Assembly: GCF_006345805.1 (NCBI RefSeq)
Contig: NC_043001.1
Location: 94,798,001 to 94,862,000, forward strand
Length of the DNA stretch: 64,000 bases
Direction of reading: 5' to 3'
Origin: Octopus sinensis
Taxonomy: Eukaryota
Shown: positions 13,891-26,135 of the stretch, piece by piece
Layout of the letters: the number at the start of each line of letters is the position of its first letter
How positions within the stretch are numbered: position 1 is the stretch's first letter
The notes under the pieces: generated by a model
Database searches by the model: none
What the model saw: only the letters and a program-made list of their open reading frames with translations
Told to the model about the DNA's origin: nothing
Translations under genes and position numbers: made by a program

Positions 13891-16800
13891 AGTGTGAAAT
13901 ATAAAGAAAAGGTAGGTTGGATTGGTTTGTGTATGAAAGACAAGCGAGGTCATATGCGATGTTGCATTATAACATAATGTCAAAATTGAACGAGAGGAAG
14001 TAACTGTGTACGACGCAGCCATTTCGACTTAATCTGCACTTTTATATCGGTACACTTATGTACAGAAACATTTCAACGCTGTTTTATCTTAGATGTTCTT
14101 ACGTTTCCGAAATTCTTTTATAATGATATAAAATATACTGTACTGAGTACATTTCTTCAAACGTTCACATAAAATATATACACTGAAAACATTTCATCAA
14201 CATGTCTTTTTTCGGTTTTACTCAATTTTTTTCCACTTCACTTGAATTTTCTCATACAGTTACCTATAGCAGTAATGTCGAGAATACATTTATCTAAACC
14301 GTCTGCTGCATTAAATATTTACAAACGTGTTATAAATGTTTTCCTTTACCAACCAATGATAATGTCATTTTACTTCATTTCTGTTAGTTATATTGATGTC
14401 GCTTTTGCCGTAAGAATGCTTTTTACGCTACACTGTCTCCCGCGTTTTAAAAATTCCTTCGTTACAATATAATACTATTCAAAATTTTCTACCGAATATT
14501 GATATATCCGGTTGCCTTTATCGTAAATGTTGGACATATTCTTAATCTTGATGATTATATATAATGCAAAATTAGTGAACTTATTTCCTTTATACGTTTC
14601 TGTCAAACCTTTTATGATTATTCTGTATTCGTTTTTCTATCACTTTCTTCTGAAATGTTAACAAATTTAATGTTGGCATACGTGTTCCAGGAGGGGAGAG
14701 AAAAATGTTCATTTCTAGCACTTATATTAATTCTAGTCAAACTAGCATTTATTTTTCCAGACAAAGATCTTTATAACCTACTACTGAAGTAATACGAAAG
14801 TCATTGACACAGGCGAACGAATTTTTATTTAAATAATTATCGAGTCGGATTACGCGCTCTTATAAATCCCAGTATTCAGTTCATTACATGTTCTAATATT
14901 GATAAATGTACTTTACTTAGAATGTTATTTCGGAAGTTATTGTAAATACTCATACAATTCTACTAAACACCTGTAGATTATGCTTTATTTACAGTTATAA
15001 AAGTGACTACTTCAATAAACTGACATTTGTGTTGTTTCAAGAATTTAAAATCTTTTCTTAATCTCAAAGCTCTGAGCAAATATGTAATTATGGTGGAATT
15101 CAAATTGGACAAGCATATGTGAATTTTTCAAAGTTTTGTTTTCCATTTTCTCGAACACTCACGGGAAATAATAACTAGCAGAGCAAGTTCTCTATGGAAT
15201 TGTTGCGTTATACAAGAATATGCGCATACATTAAACATTACCATTCCTATAATTATCTTTATCATGACATACTAAATGTAAAATAATACTTTGGATTATA
15301 CAACAAACCAAAGTTAAATGTTTCACAATTTCGATATTCGTATTATATTTTAAAAATCAGAATGATGAAATATATATCATGTAAATGGTGTAATATGTTA
15401 CACAACACTAAACTTGTATGCACTATGTAAGTATCTGCAACTCATTCTACCTTTACTTATTCTGTAACCTCAGGGAAATTTAAATAAAAGTATATATATC
15501 TTTCATCTAACAGGCGTTCGTGTAGCTTACTATGTTTGAATGCGTCTCTATGTACACATGGTGAAGTTTGGAATTGCATTGGTGAAATATGCAGTACATC
15601 ATTGTTTAAAAATATAGATTTGTTACTATTTATTTAGAATGCGTTTGGAATTAAAATTTCATATATATATATAAACAGGTATAATTCTCCTCTGAGGTTC
15701 TAAGGGATAATATTGCTCTCACTTTATATTTCTCATAGAATCGATGGGTTAATGCATCTACTAGAGTGTCTGATAAATGCATGGCGGTGTATATTACATT
15801 CTATGATCAAATAAAAGCGATGAGAGATTTTCTCTTTTTAAATTTCTTTGGAAAAGATACGCACTGTCAAACAAACACATGATTTCGTTCAATCGATTGT
15901 GCAAATTTGTGACATTTCGCAATTGTCTTAAACAGTTGTTATACCATTTTTAGATAAATGTTTTTATTTTTAACTTGAAATATTGCTGCACATTTAGTGA
16001 AAATGTTTTCCAGGATTTAAATCGCATAAGTATATATACAATTGTATAATCAAATGTGTATATATAAATATACGTAAGATCTTCTACGCATATTCATATA
16101 TATATATACTTATGTATATAAACACACACACATATATATATATATACATATATATATAAATGTGTGTGTATGTGTGTGTGTGTGCGTGTACGTTATTTCT
16201 CGTTCGCCTACGTATTTCATGTTATTTACACCGTTGGGTAAGTGATGTACTCATATATGTATGAATATATATATATACGGAAGATGGCAAATTTTATGTA
16301 CTTTCCTTTGCGGGAGCAACTGTGTTGTCGAAGGCGTATCTTGTCGTGAATTGCTTGAAATACGGACTAAAGGGACAGCCGACAACTGATGAAGGGTCGT
16401 TCCTCGTGTTGCTTGACTTGCTTTCCATTTCTTTCTTTCATTGCTTGCAAAAAAGTCCGTATTCCATGTCCTCGTACTTCGTATTAATTGTTGTTTATAT
16501 TTTGCAAAGTGCTGTGCCCACATATGCATATGTAGCAATATGTATATACGTAAACATGTAAGTATGTACGTACACGTATGTATATATATGCATATATATA
16601 TATATATATTATTTATATTATTATATGATTGAGCGTCACGCATCCTTTTTCAAGTAAGTTACACACACACACACATATATATATATACATATATACATAT
16701 AACCAGATCACTGATAACTATATTGTCCCATAAGGTTATATAATTTGTAGGGAAGATCGCCCATGCAAAAAGAAAAAATAATTCATTGGCCACATTCATA

Positions 16801-17331
16801 TAACGGTTAAATATTTTCTGAATTATTATGTGTCTGCAAGAAATAATTAGTTCATGAACAGGACGATAACGTCACCTCATTAAATGGTCTCTTTTGAGTT
16901 AAAATATCCCTTGGACGTGTGGCTTCGAGTGGTAAAGTAATGACGTCTTAAGGTCAGTTGTTACGGTGAGGTATTTTGTAGAAATTGCTAACGATTAAAT
17001 TAACGGTTTTGTTATTGTTTAGAATTTATCCATGCATATACAAAATTTAAGTGAGTAAGTATTTAATGATTATGCGTTTCAGGTAGTCTATATAGGGACG
17101 ATTGTCTTCTCCTACTAAATAATTTGTTGTGTAGAAGTAGAGCACCCCTATTGGTTGGCTTCTAATGGACTGTACCACAATAATAATGGACATACGCAGA
17201 GAGCCTTCAGCAGAGTATATCCGAGCGTTGCGTATTGTCGAGGGTTATTACCAGTATCTTGAGAAGATCGATTTGCGAGGACATACTTATTATCCGTTAT
17301 ATCGTTCTATATTTAAGAGATGAGGAATTAT

Positions 17332-17474
17332 GTACATTATTTACATTATTTACAATTGATGGATATTTGTCCTCATCAACGTTTCGGCTGATATACCCTC
17401 CAGTCTTCATCAAATATCTTGGGGAAATTTCGAACCTGGGTTCTCAATCCTAAGGTATTTTTCGATGTTGTTTT

Positions 17475-17518
<44 letters not shown>

Positions 17519-17562
17519 CAACAACAACAAAAATCAGCAACAACAACAACAGCAACAACAAC

Positions 17563-17605
<43 letters not shown>

Positions 17606-17639
17606 GTAATAATAATATTAATAATAATAATAATAACAA

Positions 17640-17676
<37 letters not shown>

Positions 17677-17682
17677 GATAAT

Positions 17683-17729
<47 letters not shown>

Positions 17730-17740
17730 TAATAATAATG

Positions 17741-17781
<41 letters not shown>

Positions 17782-17792
17782 TAATAATAATG

Positions 17793-17849
<57 letters not shown>

Positions 17850-17918
17850 CAACAACAGCAACATCGAAAAATACCTTATCAATGAGAACGCAGGATAGAA
17901 ATTTGGTGTAAGAGTTTT
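17332..17918 (-). mobile_element. HHR-tail repeat (family H2) with internal (AAT)n and an inverted partial copy
   Basis: The minus strand has tTGATGA-agactg-gagggtatat-cagcc-GAAA-CGT-T (degenerate HHR). 17435-17470 and 17859-17894 are inverted repeats flanking about 390 bp of AAT/AAC triplets. Confidence 0.7.
17477..17848. repeat. (AAT)n/(AAC)n trinucleotide array
   Basis: Directly visible; source of the poly-N/I/L/Y ORFs in the track. Confidence 0.97.
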
Positions 17919-18036
17919 GTAAAGTTTCCAATAAATATGATAAAACTCTACATTTTGTATTGAGTACCCTCTTTTTCTCCTGGTTTACACAATGTTTGTG
18001 TCATAAGTGAAATATATTTATTTTTTATCTTAACAG

Positions 18037-18187
18037 CTGGCTTCACCAGGAAACTATGTTTGCAGTTAGTCAGAAGCAATGGACCTATATTTATGACAAT
18101 CGTGGCATTGAAATACACTGTTTAAAAATTTTTGATCAAACTTTACAAATGGAATGCCTTCCTTACCACTTTCTGTTTGTGGCAGCA
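18037..18187 (+). pseudogene. WDR46: WDR46/UTP7 (BING4) exon A of an orphan 3-exon fragment
   Basis: Bounded by ttttttatcttaacAG and GTAAGT. Translates (1 nt + 50 codons) to [50 protein letters not shown], matching from memory the WDR46 segment [27 protein letters not shown]...LEFLPFHFLLATA. Ends in phase 0. Confidence 0.92.
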
Positions 18188-18519
18188 GTAAGTATACTTT
18201 ATTGACTTTATGAAATATCTAAAATAATGTAAATAATCATTTTCCTTTGTAATAAAAACAAATTCTACCTGTGCATTTAAGATAATTTTATAAAATAAAT
18301 TTTTTCTGGAAAGATATGCTGGCTTTTAAAAATGAAAATGGAAATAAAATAGCCTTATTTTAAATTGTGAAAATGTCAGGATGCTATTTGTGGAGGCAAG
18401 AATATAAAATGGAATCCACAAAAATAGATTATAAGAAATTAACACCAAAGAAAATCCGTCAAGTAATATCAAGGACAAAGTCCACTGCAGGTTCTTATAA
18501 CCTAAGCCAGCATAGAAGT

Positions 18520-18776
18520 CATCATCATCATCATCTTTTAATGTCTGTTTTCCATGCTAGCAAGGTTTGGATGGTTCGACCGGGGTCTCGGACGCCAGGA
18601 GGCTGCACCAGGCTCCACTCTAATCTGGCAGTGTTTCTACTGCTTCATGCCCTTCCTAACGCCAACCACTCCGTGAGTGCAGTGGATGCTTTTTACGTGC
18701 CACCGGCATGGAAACCAGTCAAGGTAGCGCTGGCATCAGCCACGTTTGGATGGTGCTTTTTACGTGCCACCGGTAT
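18520..18776 (-). mobile_element. SINE/LINE 3' end with (GAT)n tail (RTE-type tail)
   Basis: catcatcatcatctttta..ttttccatgctagc..atgcccttcctaacgccaacc and duplicated gctttttacgtgccaccgg. A related + strand piece at 19890-20042 (gagggttgacaacaggtagggcatcc..gacccatgcaaacatggaaaagtg..atgatgatg). Confidence 0.6.
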
Positions 18777-20125
18777 AGACATTTAAAGGGTAATGATGTT
18801 GATGATGGATATAATATTACATTTGCAGTTCAGGCATACAAACATGTGATTGATTGTTTATACCATCAAACTCTGGATGTTTATATGGCTTTGAGATTAT
18901 TTTGTTTTCAGAGCTTATCAATTTTCTAATGGAAGGTTTTAAGTGCATACATTTAAATCAAATTGTACAGCATCTCACTGAACTATTCAGTTACCACTAA
19001 CAGAGTGTTTGTACTAAACTGATATCAGTGGAGTATTTGTGTAGTAAATAAGGGTTGTAATTGACAAAGTACTGACCTACTGGATAAAGGATGTTTAGAC
19101 CCTATTACTCAATTTTCTAATTACAGTGATGAATACCACCGTCACCACCACCACCACCACCATAATTTTTTTATTTGTTGTTTAGTACCATGTCAGCACT
19201 AATAAAACAAGCTGTAATCAAGATAGATATGACCATCATGCCTTTTATCCAGACAGTGTATCTAGGACTACCTTCATGTTGGCATTGTTTGGACAGAACT
19301 ACAGAATAGCATATTTATGTGTGTCACTATGTAATCCAACTTGCTAATATCTTATCTGATTCAGTTTTGTTTCAAGTCTTTCTGAGATTACCTTTATTCT
19401 ATCTGCTCTATACACTACCTGGCTTTAGTTTTTCTTTTGTTCTGGTCTTGTTCCCACTCCACTTTTCTTCATCATTCCTCATAGGCTCACATTACCTCAC
19501 AACACTTAATTCATTATCATCATCACTTAACAACTGTTTTTCCATACTAGCATGGTTTGGACAGTCTCAGCTTCTCAATCCTTCATCATCTGATGCACAC
19601 AAAAATTCATCAAACTTTGATGTGGTGTGTGTGTTTTTGGTATGGTTTTTTATGACTGTTTTTTAAGACGACCTTCTATATAACCTGGACTTCACCTAAC
19701 ATTATATCATTCATTCAAATGTCTTATACTATGACTCTGTGTCACCAAAATCTTGTCAGTGGATTTAGTTGACAGAGACTGGAAGAATCCCATCGTGTGT
19801 GTGTGCATGCACTTCTGTGTGTTTGACATATGGTTGTAAATGAGCTTCACATACAAGCAGTATTCATTTCCAATCTTTTCCGAAAAACAAGTCTGGTTAT
19901 GAAGAAATATTATCTTGCCTGGAAACAAGTGAGGGTTGACAACAGGTAGGGCATCCTGTCATAGAAAGTTGGCCACAAAAAATTCTATCTGACCCATGCA
20001 AACATGGAAAAGTGAGCATAAAATGATGATGATTCAAATGAATTGATGATATAATGTGTAAGCATCTTTTCAGCATACACACAATTTTCTAAACTTCAAT
20101 ACATTGTTATAACTTGGTGTGTATA

Positions 20126-20358
20126 AGGCAGCGAGCTGGCAGAAACATTAGCACATCGGGTGAAATGCTTTGCGGTATTTCGTTTGTCGTTACATTCTGA
20201 GTTCAAATTCTGCCGAGGTCGACTTTGCCTTTCATCCTTTCGGGGTTGATAAATAAAGTACCAGTTTCGCACTGGGGTCGATGTAATCGACTTAATCCCT
20301 TTGTTTGTCCTTGTTTGTCCCCTCTATGTTTAGCCCATTGGGGGTAGTAAAGAATTAT
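20126..20358 (+). mobile_element. tRNA-derived SINE family B
   Basis: Head aggcagcgagctggcagaa, B-box-like gagttcaaattc, central gccgaggtcgactttgcctttcatcctttcggggttgataaataaagtaccag. Degenerate minus-strand relatives at about 12.6-12.75, 13.7-13.9, 21.34-21.43 and 39.43-39.6 kb. Confidence 0.85.
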
Positions 20359-20390
20359 ATAATTTGGTGTGTATCTCTATTGTTTTCCAG

Positions 20391-20526
20391 AATTCAAGAG
20401 GATATTTGTCCTACCTGGACACCTCCATTGGTAGTAAAGTTTCAGCTATCAGAACTAATATGGGTCGTTTAAATGTTATGTGTCAGAATCCATCTAATGC
20501 TATTATTCACCTCGGACATTCAAATG
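20391..20526 (+). pseudogene. WDR46: WDR46/UTP7 exon B
   Basis: Bounded by ttgttttccAG and GTATGG. Starts in phase 0 and reads [46 protein letters not shown], matching WDR46 SETGFLTYLDVSVGK...[22 protein letters not shown]. Ends in phase 1. Confidence 0.93.
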
Positions 20527-20557
20527 GTATGGGCTCAAACAATTTAGTACCTTTTTT

Positions 20558-21004
20558 TTAATTACCCTGCACACATAAGTGAAAGCAGGGTATTGTAATC
20601 ACTCGTCTTTGTCTGTGTGTTTGCAAAATTACTGGAAAATAGCTGAACGGATTTTCACTAAATTTAGCAGAAATACTCATTGGATGGGTGACTCGAAATG
20701 ATGAAAATTTGATTTGAATATCTTCAAACATACATAAGTACATGCATAAATATGCAACTGTGCATGTATGTGTGTGTGTGTACAGTGATGGATCCAAGGG
20801 TTTCATTTATTTACGAGTTGATTTCTCGACTTCACTGGAATATAAATACATATAATGGTGATACTTAAAAAAAAAGAATTCAGTTCAAGTAAAAAACATA
20901 TGTAAGCAACATACTATATCCCACACTATAATTAGCCAAAAACATTATGAGTTTTATAATTATAATTTGCCAAATAAATTATGCAGGGTATGCATCACTC
21001 ATTT
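20558..21004 (+). mobile_element. Non-autonomous Helentron-type element (HINE/DINE-1-like)
   Basis: 5' subterminal taccctgc (20563) pairs with gcagggta at 20585 (hairpin) and at 20983 (3' subTIR). It has a short gtct/gt tract and T-rich flanks, the established HINE architecture. Confidence 0.6.
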
Positions 21005-21951
21005 GATGTGTTTCTTTTCATTTTTATATTTAAATCTGCTACAAAACATAGTTCCTATTTGTGAAATTTATGTTTAAAATACACTACTTTCTGTTAACCT
21101 TCCCATGATTCTATTGCACTTCTTTTGTGTCTATAGCTTACACTGGGCACATATTGTTGTTATTAAGTTAAATGGCTGCACCTCTCACTTTCACTGTCTT
21201 GGAAATTCCAGAAGCAACTAGACTGGTTTGGAAGCAGTGAACTGAATTTATTTGCCATAAATGTGATGTGTGAGGACCCAAAGATGTAGTCATCAACAAT
21301 GTAACATAGCTAATAGACACATTGAGGCCATGCAGGTTAATTTTATTTTACTGACCCTGAAAGGATGAAAGGTCAAGTACCAGTCCAGAGCAATGGACTG
21401 ACAGAATTGTGAGAGCATCAAACAAAATGCTTTATATTATTTCAAGTCCCAAAAATTGCGAAAAATTTCTCTGTATCTAGCTGCCAAGATGGTGCCCTAT
21501 AAAAAATACCACTGTTTCTATTCTAAAAAGTTCCATGACAAACACAAAACACTTGAGAATCCACTAGGGTCATTCGTTGATTTGATAGCAGAGAAAGAAA
21601 GACATTTAGTTAATTGTGAAAATTTAAATAGCACCTTATTTATGATAACTCCTTCCAGTCATGACCTGATTTTGATGATGAGGCACTTTTTAGCTTATTG
21701 ACCTCATAGATCATAAGTTCAAACCATACAATAGCAATAGTATTCTGACCTTTCGTAAATACCTTGTGCTTGTTTGCCACAGTCTACCAGGTTGACATCA
21801 GATTCTGACTGACTCTATACTTATTTTTAACAATAGAAAGTGTATTTATCTATTAACAATAGAAAGTGTATTTATCCACTTTTCATGCTATATTTTAGAT
21901 TTGTTTTCCTATGTTTTAATTCTTGTTTTGTGATTTACATTAATCTTGCAG

Positions 21952-22051
21952 GAACTGTAACACTGAGGTCACTTAATGCATAAGATTATTTAGTGAAAAT
22001 GTTGTGCCATAAATCTAACGTACGGTCAATAGCTGTGGACCAACAGGGTTT
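21952..22051 (+). pseudogene. WDR46: WDR46/UTP7 exon C with in-frame stop
   Basis: Bounded by taatcttgcAG and GTACGT, phase-compatible with exon B. Reads GTVTLRSLNA*DYLVKMLCHKSNVRSIAVDQQG versus WDR46 [33 protein letters not shown]. TAA at 21981-21983, and the conserved W and P are replaced by R and L. Confidence 0.88.
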
Positions 22052-25000
22052 GTACGTATCTTTTTAAAATCCTATTACACTTTATTGCGCTAAAAATACT
22101 TCTCTTTTGAAAAGACACATAACATAGTTTCTCTGAATTGATCTGGCATACTCCCACTACATAAGTAATTAAGCTGTTTCCCAAAGACTAGCCTGCCTCT
22201 TCATCTCCAATCAGTTACTGATCCTCTTTAAAGATCAAGTTTGACCCACAATAATCCTACTCTTATGTTTGTGGTGACATTGTTGCTAGACACAAACATC
22301 TAGCATAGGTGTGAATAAATACGTATTACATTTGCCAGTGCAATCTGAATGCTACAGCGTTAACATTCATTTGTCAAACCCATGCTAGAGTAAGTTTGAC
22401 ATATATACAGTTTCTGACAAATTCCACTTTCAACGCAAATTGTTCAAGTCACGAATATAAAACTTCATGCCTCTTAAGTTCACCATCAACAGTTCACAAC
22501 AGGGTAAGTTCACCATAAGGAATGATCACTGTGAGGAAAGTTCACTGTAAGGAAAGCTTACGGAGAGATAAGTTCACAGTAAAAGACTTTTAAAATCCTT
22601 ATTTTCAAACTCTAAAGTTTATGGTGAACTTTCCTTGTGGTGAATTGATGCCGGTGAACTTACATGTAATCATAATACTTACCCAAAGTTCCAGTTACTG
22701 GGTTCAAGCCAAGAACCACATGGTTGCAGAGTGAATATCTTAACCATGCAACCTATGTTTGCACCTGTATAATTCATAAGTTTATCTTTCAAATTATTAA
22801 TCCAACTTAGCTATTTAGTCTCTAAATCAACAGTTCTCGACAGTGGCTCACAGGGTCACATGCAGCCCTCAGGCATCCTCCTAGCAGATCCCAATGGTCT
22901 TTCCTCTATAGATATAAATTTTTCTTTGTCTTTTGTTTTCTATTTTTGGGGTGGCTCCTAAACAAATCCAGGTTTTGGGTCTGGCCTAGATATTAAAACC
23001 ACTGCTTTAAATATTCCTCTTTGTACTGATTTTATAACAATTGGAACCTTTTATTACTTCCTAGTGTAATATCTTATCTGTGTTAACTAATTTATGACTA
23101 TCCCATCAGTATTTTCAAGTCATTTTTCATCTGACAGATTTTCCTTATATCACTTTTTAAGCTTCGTTTATTACTGTTTATATTATTTTAACATCTGTCC
23201 ATTGTCTGGAAATCTTTCGTCACACATCTGTGACCCCTTCAGCAACTTACTCAATGGAAAAAAAAAGTGTTGCAGAAGAGGTCATAGATGTGTGACGAAA
23301 GATTTCCGGACAATGGACTGATATTAAGATAATAAAGACAGTAATAAACTGTTTAAGTCCCGAATTATTAATTAGTTTCAAATATCATTTACTCTGAACT
23401 TTTAACTTCCGTTACTACTTTTTTTTTACCTTACTGGTAATGTAAAGTTGTGTAGTAAGTGGAACATAAACAGTATGATGAGAACATTCTTTCTATCTTA
23501 GTTATATATATATACTTCGGAATTCAATTTCCTTTATTTTTAATTATTTATATACATGAGAGTTTTGTAACACACTTTCTGTAAAAGATTAAAGTATCAT
23601 TCACTAACAGCTTTCACTTCACCTAAGCCCTTTACTCCCTATGAATTATAGGCCATCAACCACATTTCTTTATTGTTTCCAACTCTGGGCTGTCTTTCTC
23701 CCAGATCTTGATGGTTTATAATTGTCTTCAGTTCTTCTGTAGCTTTACTTTTTTTTAGCTAGGGTTGTTGGTCTTAAGCAAACCCATTTTTAACTCTTAG
23801 GAAAAGTGGTTCATATTCGTCTAGCTTCTATCCTTTGATCTGTCCAGCGTAGGAGTTCCTGTCTGAAGCATATTTTTTTTTATATAAGGTCTGAAGCATA
23901 TTTTTTTTATATAAGGTCCCCAAGTATATTTCTTTGAAAATTACATCTTGTGACGTACCTGGAAAATGCAGTTTATGTAAATGAAAATTATTGCTGAATT
24001 GGTCAATTATAATGTATCGCAAATAAATATCAGGAAAAAATACGCTTTAAAACATCAAATAATGCTGGTAATTTTTTGCTGAGAGTAAATAAGGTTAGTA
24101 GTTTACAATGTTAAATGTGTTTATGGGAAATATTGTTGGCGCAGTAACAAATAAAATGGCGAAAATAAGGTATCCTTTGTATCAAAAAATAAACAAGCGT
24201 GGAACTTAGAGTGTAAAGTAATTTAGATATATTACCGAAGGGACAAATTAAATAAGATGGTAAACAAAACGAAAGAATTGAATGAAAAATCTTAAATAAT
24301 TGGGAGACCAAGAGAGACAAGCCTACCTTGTATTTAAATGTACACACAGTTCAAAAAATAAATACGCAGCTCTATTTACTTCAAGAAAAAAATTAGAAGT
24401 AAAGAGGACAAAACAGGCAACCAATAACGCTTCGCTTTCTTTTCAGTATGATTAGTTTTGTATTTATTTATTTACAATAATTGTGCCAAATAGGTTGTAT
24501 TTACGAATTCTCAGAAAGTTTATAATAATGAAAATAACTGATACTAAGAAATGTAAAAGAGAGATAATGTCTGTAACGGTAAGCTATTTTGAAATTAGGT
24601 TGTGGTTGTTTCCAACAGAATGTATAATCGTACATTCATACGCATACAGGCACCAATGAATGCAGCTATGCACCGATATATGGTGTGATGTCTATATGAA
24701 ACGAGTAGGGGATTAAATTACGAGTTTTTTCTCTTGTAATCCAAAATATCGCCACTGGGTTGGTCATAGTGCTATTCACTATAACTTGTCTTGAATTGTT
24801 TTGGGGATAAGAGGCATTAGTGGTCTTGTTAATTGGTTTTGTTTTGTGTATTCATTTTACAGGGGTTTGTAGGCGTGCATAACTGTGTTCGTTAGTGTTT
24901 TCTTTCTCTATTGTTTAAGGCCATGGGGGCTCCATGTCTGCGTCCAGTGCATGTAGGGATACAAATATGTGAATGGGAATTTATATTAGGCGTAGTGGGA

Positions 25001-25149
25001 AAACTGTCTCTTTGGTAGGTGTCAGAAAAACTACCTATTTGGCAGGTGGCCGCTGCATTAGGGCATGCGTGTTTGTATTATATGGGTGTGTTGATGAATG
25101 CTCTAGTCAAATTTTCTCTGTCCTGTGTACTCCGTGTAAGTTGTACCTC

Positions 25150-25188
<39 letters not shown>

Positions 25189-25190
25189 TC

Positions 25191-25578
25191 TCTTTTACTC
25201 ATTTACTTGTTTCAGTCATTTGACAGTTGCCATGCTGGAGCACCACCTTTAGTCGAGCAAATCAACCCCATGACTTATTCCTTGTTAGACTAGTACTTAT
25301 TCTATCGGTTTTTTGGCGAACCGCTAATTTACGTGGACGTAAAACACCAGCATCCATTGTCATACGATGTTGGGGGAAAGGGCAAACACAGATACACAAA
25401 CGTATACATATATACGACGGGCTTCTTTCAATCTCCGTCTACCAAATCTACTCATAAGGCTTTGGTCGGCCCGAGGCTATAGTAGAAAACACTTGCCTAA
25501 GTTGCTACGCAGTGGGACTGAACCCGGAACCATGTGTTTGGTAAGCAAGCTACCTACCACACAGCCACTTCTAAGCCT
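25191..25578 (-). mobile_element. tRNA-derived SINE family A, full length
   Basis: Collinear with the 10111-10548 and 57486-57954 copies (tttacttgtttcagtcatttgac ... cagtgggactgaacccggaaccatgtg ... accacacagccact). Confidence 0.92.
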
Positions 25579-26070
25579 ATATGTAAAATATATTTACATA
25601 TATTAATCTGAAATTTTCCGACTTTTATTTTCTCTCATTTTGCATGGATACAGATATAAATATATTGTAATTGATGTATTTAATATATTTAATTTAATTG
25701 ATGTGTGTATTTTGCATATCCCCATAACTGCTCATATGTGTGTGCATGTGTGGATATATGTATGTAGGATGTGTTGTGTGAGTGTACACAAGGAAGGATC
25801 AGATTTCATTCCTGACCAGGAGAGTAAGACTGGTTTCCCGGATTCCGTGGCGTTTACACACCAATCCTTTGCAGAGGACGCATGCTCAATTCTGTTTAGT
25901 GACGAAGTGTTATTCTGTTGAACGCAACGTGTCGATACGAGTCGAAAATATTATTTTAAATCATGAACACAATAAGAAATAAGCGACCTGTATTCAGGTA
26001 TATAGATGCACACTCATATAAATATATACATATGAACATACACATGTGTCTATACACACATATATACATA

Positions 26071-26135
<65 letters not shown>

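Noticed and set aside
16380-16440. Hammerhead motif starting CTGATGA at 16386
   Set aside because: No stem II followed by GAAA downstream, so the architecture is incomplete.
21981-21983. WDR46 stop codon rescued by A-to-I RNA editing
   Set aside because: Editing TAA can give only TGA, TAG or TGG (Trp), while the homologous residue is Lys. The nearby W-to-R (AGG) and P-to-L changes also cannot be reverted by A-to-I editing.
22440-23010. MITEs (aagttcac-subrepeat element at 22.44-22.68 kb; hAT-like cagtgg/ccactg element at 22.83-23.01 kb)
   Set aside because: One TIR is too degraded in each case and no TSD could be confirmed.
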